Assembly (NCBI GenBank): GCA_046758705.1
Contig: JBHIAT010000132.1
Coordinates: 1 to 10,617 of the forward strand
DNA: 10,617 bases
Direction of reading: 5' to 3'
Source of the DNA: Candidatus Bipolaricaulia bacterium
GTDB lineage: Bacteria > Bipolaricaulota > Bipolaricaulia > JBHIAT01
Each line of letters starts with the position of its first letter. The first letter of the stretch is position 1. The translations under genes were made by a program, and so were the position numbers. Below the pieces are notes generated by a model. It was not told the origin of the DNA and searched no databases. It saw only the letters and a program-made list of their open reading frames with translations. Below, piece after piece: positions 5,771 through 10,617 of the stretch.

Positions 5771-7826
5771 TGACGGACTTGTCCGCTCGATCTTCAGGAC
5801 CGTCCCATCCTTCCGGTCAAGCGGCAGATCGATCATACCCGCCTCGTCGATCCGGAGTCGCTCGCCGGAGCGCAGGTCGGTGGCTTCGGACCCGTAGATA
5901 TCCGAGAGTGCCTCGTCCAACTGAATCCGAGCGATTTTCTGCCTGTCACCCAGGTTGACCGCGACCAGAACGTACCGATCATCGGTCTCGAAGAACGCCG
6001 TGTGGACGCCTTCAGTCAGCGTCCGGGTGTAGATCGAGACCCCGAAGTGCCGGTGGAGTGCGACGACCAACTCCGGCGTGGGTCGCACACCGATGACCAC
6101 CAACCTTCCCTTTCCTCGCGTCTCTACATAGCCGACCGTATACTCCCGACCGGCAAGCCAATTGTGCTGAACGTCATCCTCTTCCATCGAAGCCAGCTCC
6201 CGGACCCGTCGCCCAGAGATCGGTTCCCCAGGAACGTCCCCGTAGCAGAAGATCGGGCCTTCGGCCCGGACGCTCCCACCTCCCACCTCCCACCTCTACC
6301 TCAACCTCGCGAACGGTTACGATCCCATCCGGCGGCTGAATCGCCAACCGATTTAACGGTTCAAACTCCTCATCCCAACGAGGATAAGTGTTGAAGCAGA
6401 TCAGTATGCCGCCGGACTCGACGTAATCGCGCAGCCGCTCGTTCGCCTCGCGATCGAGCCAGTCTTCCCCGGCGTAGAACAGCAACCGTTTGTCGATCTC
6501 CCCCGCGGCGGTGTCGAACCACTCGTAATCGATATCCCCATCATAAAGGGCGTTGAGCACCGCCTCCCCCGGCGATCCGGCCGCATGATGAAGCACCGAA
6601 AAGCTGATGGCTGTCTCCGTGCGTTTTCTTAATTCGGGAACCTGCAGCCGTCGGTACAGATCGACGATCTCCTGAAAGACCGGGAACAGCTCGTTTCGCT
6701 TCCGGCCCCACTCGTTGATCGGGCTCAGGTACCAGTTGTCACGGTTCACGAGCATATACCAATTCCAGCCAGCGATCCCGGCGGCAAGCGCCGACAACGC
6801 GAGCAGCCGGTAGTGGTTGGGAGTCAGCACCCCGACCTGGTAGATCCAGTCGTGCCAGATCCCCGTCTCGAACTCGGCGATGAACGGGATCTTCGAGCAG
6901 ATACGGGTATAGCGGGCCAGCTCCATGAACCGCCGATGGCTCCAGATCCCGCCCTGAAACTCGACCGCCGGGTAGATGTCGATCCCGGTGATCTCCACCT
7001 CGGCCACTTTATGGACCGCCCGCCAGTCCTGGACATCCCAGCCGGCGTAACTGTTGAAGTAGAGCGGGACGTCAATCCCCAGCTCCCGATACTTATCGGC
7101 CATCCAGCCCACCGCCCGGTTTACAAACCAGTGGAGGAACCGTCGGTAGTCCAGGTAGCGCTTGAACTCCGCCTTATCCTTCTCATCGGCGGATGTGGTG
7201 GCCCAGGCTGCCTCGAAGGAGTCGTAGTCGGTTTCCCAGACGTGGTTCAGTGCCTCGACCGTACCGTACCGCTCCTCCAAAAACTCCTGGAACAGACCCG
7301 ATCCACCCTCCAGCCCGAGCTGATCCGAGAAACAGTGGACGAACGGATCGAGCTCGTTGTCCGGCTGGAGCAGAATGATCCGGCCGCCGTTCGTAGCCAG
7401 ATGGGGTTTCAACACAGCGCAGACCGCCTCTATATACCGTTCCGCCGCCTCCAAGAACTTCGGATGCAACCGATGGTAGCCGACTACATAGCTGGGCACA
7501 CCTCGGTTGACCCATTCGCTGTAGATGTACGGGCCGGGTCGAATGACCGCCCACAAATTTTTCGCGTTGAGCAGCTCTAAGAAACCCGCCAGATTCCGTT
7601 GCGGGTCGGTCGTCCCCTCGAAGTCGAACTTTCCCCGTTCGTACTCATGGTACTGCCAGGGCACATAGCTAGAGATAATCTCCACGCCCAGCTCCCGGAC
7701 GACATCCAAGATCCGCTCCCAGTTGTGGGGGTTGAGCCGCCAGTAGTGGACCTCGCCGCTGAGCAGCGGGAGTTTTTCCCCGTTGACGATGAGCTGGCGA
7801 TGAGCAACGGTAATCTCCATGGTCAA
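5765..7826 (-). pseudogene. GH35-type beta-glycosidase (beta-galactosidase-like, with GH42-like elements), split by one frameshift at ~6274..6294; ~684 aa if restored
   Basis: GH35 motifs SGEVHYWR, YVPWQYHE..GKFDF, IRPGPYIYSEW, NGGRIILLQPDNE (acid/base) and PFIAEF (nucleophile), plus GH42-like RYGTVEALNHVW. ORF 6174..7826 degenerates after EVEVEVGGG; ORF 5765..6286 continues GGGSVRAEGPIF...YVLVAVN. Removing one 7-bp repeat unit fuses them. AGGAG lies 7 nt before TTG 7826. Confidence 0.85.
6273..6296. repeat. Heptanucleotide tandem repeat (TCCCACC)x3, read as GGTGGGA x3 on the coding strand, at the frameshift point
   Basis: Three perfect copies at 6274..6280, 6281..6287 and 6288..6294, next to imperfect GAGGTN hexamers. 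Confidence 0.9.
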
Positions 7827-7846
7827 TTCAATGCTCCTTTTTCTTT

Positions 7847-8892
7847 TTAGGGAAGACGATCTTTCACCGACAGCAACGGTGGAAACGGCCCGTGAGGTTC
7901 AAGCTGATACCAGTAGGCGGTGCTCGAGTAATCGTCTGAGCGACGGTTGGCGTGACCGTGCTCAATTGTCACCCGGATTGACTTCGAGAAGTGGATTGGA
8001 TCCTCGATGTGATAGCGGTAGAGCGTGATCGGCTCGGTCCAGCGCTCCCGCCTCCCAGGATGATCCCATGGTACGGGCTGCAGAACTCCTGTCTTGGACC
8101 CCAGGCGGTGTTGAAGTAGTCCTCGGTTCCGGTGCCATGGAGCGATGGCGGCCACTCCTCTCCATCGATGAAGATCATGTCGTCCCCTTCGCCGTACCAT
8201 TCCGAGCCATTCGTGTCTTGGAGAGTGCGGATGTCCAGGTGGCAACCGACGTAGTGACCCTGGCCCTCGGCCTCTAAGATGACGTAGTTCCCCTCCCCGG
8301 TCCGGTTTTCGCCGCCGAGTTGGAACTCCTCCATGCTCATATCCCCTTGAGAGATCCCGTCACAGGGATTCTGTCGGCGCCATTGAGTGTGAAACCGACC
8401 CAAGTCCTCCGTCAGCGTCTTGTAGGCCTCATAGTCCACGTAATAGTAAAGGGTGACCGGTTCGCGCTCACAGTCGCTGGTCACCTCGACCCGGGCGCCG
8501 TCGGCGAATGGCATCGGGAAGAAGCAGTTGAACCCCCGGCCATCTTCAGGACTCATCGCCAGTGGCAGCGATGCAAAATTCTTTGTCAGCGCGTGGCCTA
8601 TTCCGAAGAAGTCACCGATCGGAACCTCAACGCTCGGCTCCGCCTCCCCATCCCAGAAGATGCGCAGCACGACCTTTCTCAAGAAGGACCGTTCAGGACA
8701 GGCGAGCGTCATCCAGATGTGGGTGATGCAGCCGGCCCCCTCGATCTCGGCGGCCGTGTGGGTATCGCCAGGTGCGATAAGCACGAAGTCCCGATTGCCC
8801 CCGGTTCGGTCCCAACTCGACGCCCGCTTCCTGACCACATCTCGAATCCTGGGAAGATCCCTCAACGGGCCGGACCCCATAGACATATTCAT
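7847..8892 (-). pseudogene. DUF2961 / GH172 glycoside hydrolase (alpha-D-fructofuranosidase/alpha-D-arabinofuranosidase family), split by one frameshift at ~8047..8056; ~348 aa if restored
   Basis: Motifs RASSWDRTGGNRD, GAGCITHIWMT, LRIFWDGE..PSVEVPIGDFFG, NCFFPMPF, GQGHYVG, WYGEGDD and HGTGTEDYF in ORF 7969..8940. The family C-terminus ITLYRYHIEDPIHFSKSIRVTIEHGHANRRSDDYSSTAYWYQ..PH is in a different frame (ORF 7847..8245). Adding one G to GGG(8049..8047) gives YHGIILGGGERWTEPITLYR. Start ATG 8892 follows GAGGAGG. Confidence 0.88.
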
Positions 8893-8935
8893 GGTTGCCC
8901 CCCTCCTCAGTGAACTGACTTCATTATGCCTCCTG

Positions 8936-8965
8936 ATCATATCGATCCCGTTTCTAACCGATCAA
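8936..8965 (-). promoter_or_regulatory. Candidate sigma70-type promoter for the GH172-GH35 pair
   Basis: TTGATC(8965..8960)-N18-TATGAT(8941..8936) upstream of the GH172 leader. Confidence 0.45.
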
Positions 8966-9039
8966 ATCAAACTCCAGCCTGGCATCAGGAATCGGCAAAA
9001 TCGGATATTCCAGAAAGCCGTCCTCATGGGATCTTCATG

Positions 9040-9084
9040 GTTAACAATCGCGTTAACAATTTTTTAACGTTCACGGGATATACT
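9040..9084 (+). promoter_or_regulatory. Tandem direct repeats plus a -10 box; candidate response-regulator-activated promoter
   Basis: GTTAACAAT at 9040..9048 and 9052..9060, a third TTAAC at 9064..9068 (spacings 12 and 11 bp), then TATACT at 9079..9084 with no recognisable -35. Confidence 0.45.
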
Positions 9085-9160
9085 TTCTACAGTGCAATGA
9101 AACGGTTTCGAACCCGGGTGAGGATCTATGAACTGGGCAATCTTGCAGGTCGCGTTCCTG

Positions 9161-9189
9161 TCGCAACCGCAGAACTGATCCAGTATAAT
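9161..9189 (+). promoter_or_regulatory. Candidate sigma70-type promoter for the 9247..10308 gene
   Basis: Perfect TATAAT at 9184..9189 with a weak -35 TCGCAA 17 bp upstream; GAGAGGGGG RBS before ATG 9247. Confidence 0.4.
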
Positions 9190-9246
9190 TCAGTAAAAAT
9201 CAATGAAGCCTGTAGTGCCCATTCAGGCTTTTGAGAGGGGGAAAAC

Positions 9247-10308
9247 ATGGGAGAGAGCAAACGTGATAGATACTCATATCGTTCAACATTCTGGCCTATT
9301 GTGATCGTCGGCATCGGTCTAATCGCGCTGTTGAGGAACCTGAACGTCATTTCTAGTGAGAATCTGGAGGTGCTCTTGCGTCTGTGGCCGATATTCCTGG
9401 TTTTGATCGGCCTGAACTTGATCTTGGGACACAGATCACCACAGCTTAGCGCATTGATCGGTATCGGTACGGTGACACTGGCCCTCGTTCTCGTGGCGGT
9501 CGGTCCGTCGATGAGGTTGACCAGCAGTGCAGAGTTGAAAACTGAACAGTACATCGAACCGCTTGGCAATGCAACCTCGGTACGCGTGGATCTGAGCTTG
9601 AGGTCAGGACGTACAACGGTGTCCGCTCTATCCGACTCGAACGGCCTGATCGATGCGGAAATGACCTATAGGGGCGATGTTGAATTTGATGTCCGTGGAA
9701 ATCAGGAGAAAGCCGTCAGGCTGCGACATCTCGACAATCGCCGCGGCTTCCTCTTCTTCGACTTCGACTCGACCGATGTACGTTCGGAGATCGGTCTCAG
9801 TCCGAACGTTCCTATGGAACTGGACATCAATCTCGGCTCAGGGACTTCCACGCTCGATCTGAGCGAACTGCAACTGACGGACCTGAACGTAAACAACGGT
9901 TCAGGGAGAGTCGATCTGGAGCTGCCTGAAACGGACGGGCGATACAGTGCCCGATTCAATAGCGGCTCAGGCACAGTTGATGTCGATGTGGCTGAGGATG
10001 CGACCGTCAATATGCGAATCAACCTGGGCTCGGGTCGATTTGGCGTGAACATCGAGGATGGTGCCGATGTCAACGCGAACATCTCCGTCGGTTCCGGTCG
10101 TTTCACCATCGACGTGCCGGACGATGCCGGCGTACAGATTGAAGCAGACGTCGGTTCGGGCAGTGTGAGCGTCCCTTCGCAGTTTGACCTGGTGCGCAGC
10201 GATCGCGACCGAAAAGGTGGCACCTGGGAGACGCCCGATTTCGACAGCGCCGAGCGGCGAATCATCATCAATGCGAATATCGGCTCTGGCAGTCTGAGAG
10301 TGCGTTAG
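9247..10308 (+). CDS. Membrane-anchored LiaF-like protein: N-terminal LiaF-type TM domain (DUF5668-like) plus C-terminal toastrack/DUF2154/DUF4097-like beta-solenoid
   Basis: N-terminus FWPIVIVGIGLIALLRNLNVI...LRLWPIFLVLIGLNLIL is the LiaF-TM pattern (3 TM segments in all). The C-terminal region has about 8 xxGSG beta-repeats (INLGSG, VNNGSG, FNSGSG, INLGSG, ISVGSG, ADVGSG, ANIGSG) and ends at GSGSLRVR. Confidence 0.78.
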   Translation: MGESKRDRYSYRSTFWPIVIVGIGLIALLRNLNVISSENLEVLLRLWPIFLVLIGLNLILGHRSPQLSALIGIGTVTLALVLVAVGPSMRLTSSAELKTEQYIEPLGNATSVRVDLSLRSGRTTVSALSDSNGLIDAEMTYRGDVEFDVRGNQEKAVRLRHLDNRRGFLFFDFDSTDVRSEIGLSPNVPMELDINLGSGTSTLDLSELQLTDLNVNNGSGRVDLELPETDGRYSARFNSGSGTVDVDVAEDATVNMRINLGSGRFGVNIEDGADVNANISVGSGRFTIDVPDDAGVQIEADVGSGSVSVPSQFDLVRSDRDRKGGTWETPDFDSAERRIIINANIGSGSLRVR

Positions 10309-10317
10309 CCCGGTTCA

Positions 10318-10407
10318 GCTTCCGGACGACATCGGAAGGTTCCTTAACCACAGGTCGGATCCTATAAACCTGCTCATGGTTGCCCTTCCTCAGTGAACCG
10401 ACTTCAT
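10318..10407 (-). repeat. Degenerate direct copy of the GH172 gene leader, RBS and first ~22 codons (homologous to 8826..8924); gene remnant
   Basis: ATGAAGTCGGTTCACTGAGGAAGGGCAACCATGA vs ATGAAGTCAGTTCACTGAGGAGGGGGGCAACCATGA, continuing as MSRFIGSDLWLRNLP../DVVRK vs MNMSMGSGP-LRDLPRIRDVVRK with a ~10-nt deletion. Confidence 0.8.
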
Positions 10408-10419
10408 CAGCTGATATTT

Positions 10420-10617
10420 TCAGGAGCTGTCGGCCAAGCCCTTCAGCAGACGTGCCCGTAACCCGATCAGGGTCAGCCCTACCACTTCTTTGCGAGCTTC
10501 GTCATAGCGGACAATAACCCCTTCGCCGATGTCCACTCCCACAGCCACCTGAGGTTCTCCGATAGAGAGATAGAGGACATCTGCCTCTTCGTCGTAGTCC
10601 CAGTGGATTGCCTCCGG
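10420..10617 (-). CDS. DUF2283-family small protein, C-terminal 65 codons (start lies outside the window)
   Basis: Manual translation: PEAIHWDYDEEADVLYLSIGEPQVAVGVDIGEGVIVRYDEARKEVVGLTLIGLRARLLKGLADSS*. YDxEADxLY...GVIV.YD...VVGLxL is the DUF2283 pattern. Not in the ORF track. Confidence 0.8.
   Translation of the reverse strand, partial: PEAIHWDYDEEADVLYLSIGEPQVAVGVDIGEGVIVRYDEARKEVVGLTLIGLRARLLKGLADSS

Noticed and set aside
8893..8940. ORF-track start at 8940 for the GH172 gene
   Set aside because: It overlaps the predicted -10 box and has no RBS. ATG 8892 has GAGGAGG and is mirrored by the ATG in the duplicated leader.
9206..9232. Hairpin AAGCCTG-N11-CAGGCTT in the leader of the LiaF-like gene as a riboswitch or attenuator
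   Set aside because: Short stem, only four U's, no recognisable aptamer, and it does not sequester the RBS.
687..9569. Long antisense or alternate-frame ORFs (e.g. 687..1391, 2859..3389, 4369..4977, 6813..7580, 8320..8913, 8453..9067, 8926..9234, 9126..9569)
   Set aside because: They overlap well-supported genes or promoter regions, show no recognisable motifs, and are expected in GC-rich coding DNA.

Overview
Bacterial accessory/catabolic region. Left half: a minus-strand operon for an osmoprotectant-family ABC importer (permease, CBS-ATPase, permease, ProX/OsmF-type binding protein) leads into a trimethylamine-methyltransferase (MttB superfamily) gene that runs off the left edge and is absent from the ORF track. 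This looks like a quaternary-amine uptake and demethylation unit. A divergently transcribed amidase-signature hydrolase follows. Right half: a minus-strand pair of glycoside hydrolases (DUF2961/GH172 and a GH35/GH42-like beta-glycosidase). Each is broken by one frameshift, and both breaks lie in a near-identical 15-mer, TGGGAGGYGGGAGCG. Next come a LiaF-like/toastrack membrane protein with a direct-repeat promoter, a decayed ~90-bp second copy of the GH172 leader and N-terminus, and the 3' end of a DUF2283 gene. I found no RNA genes, CRISPR arrays or mobile elements. All family calls come from motif recognition by eye; no database searches were run.
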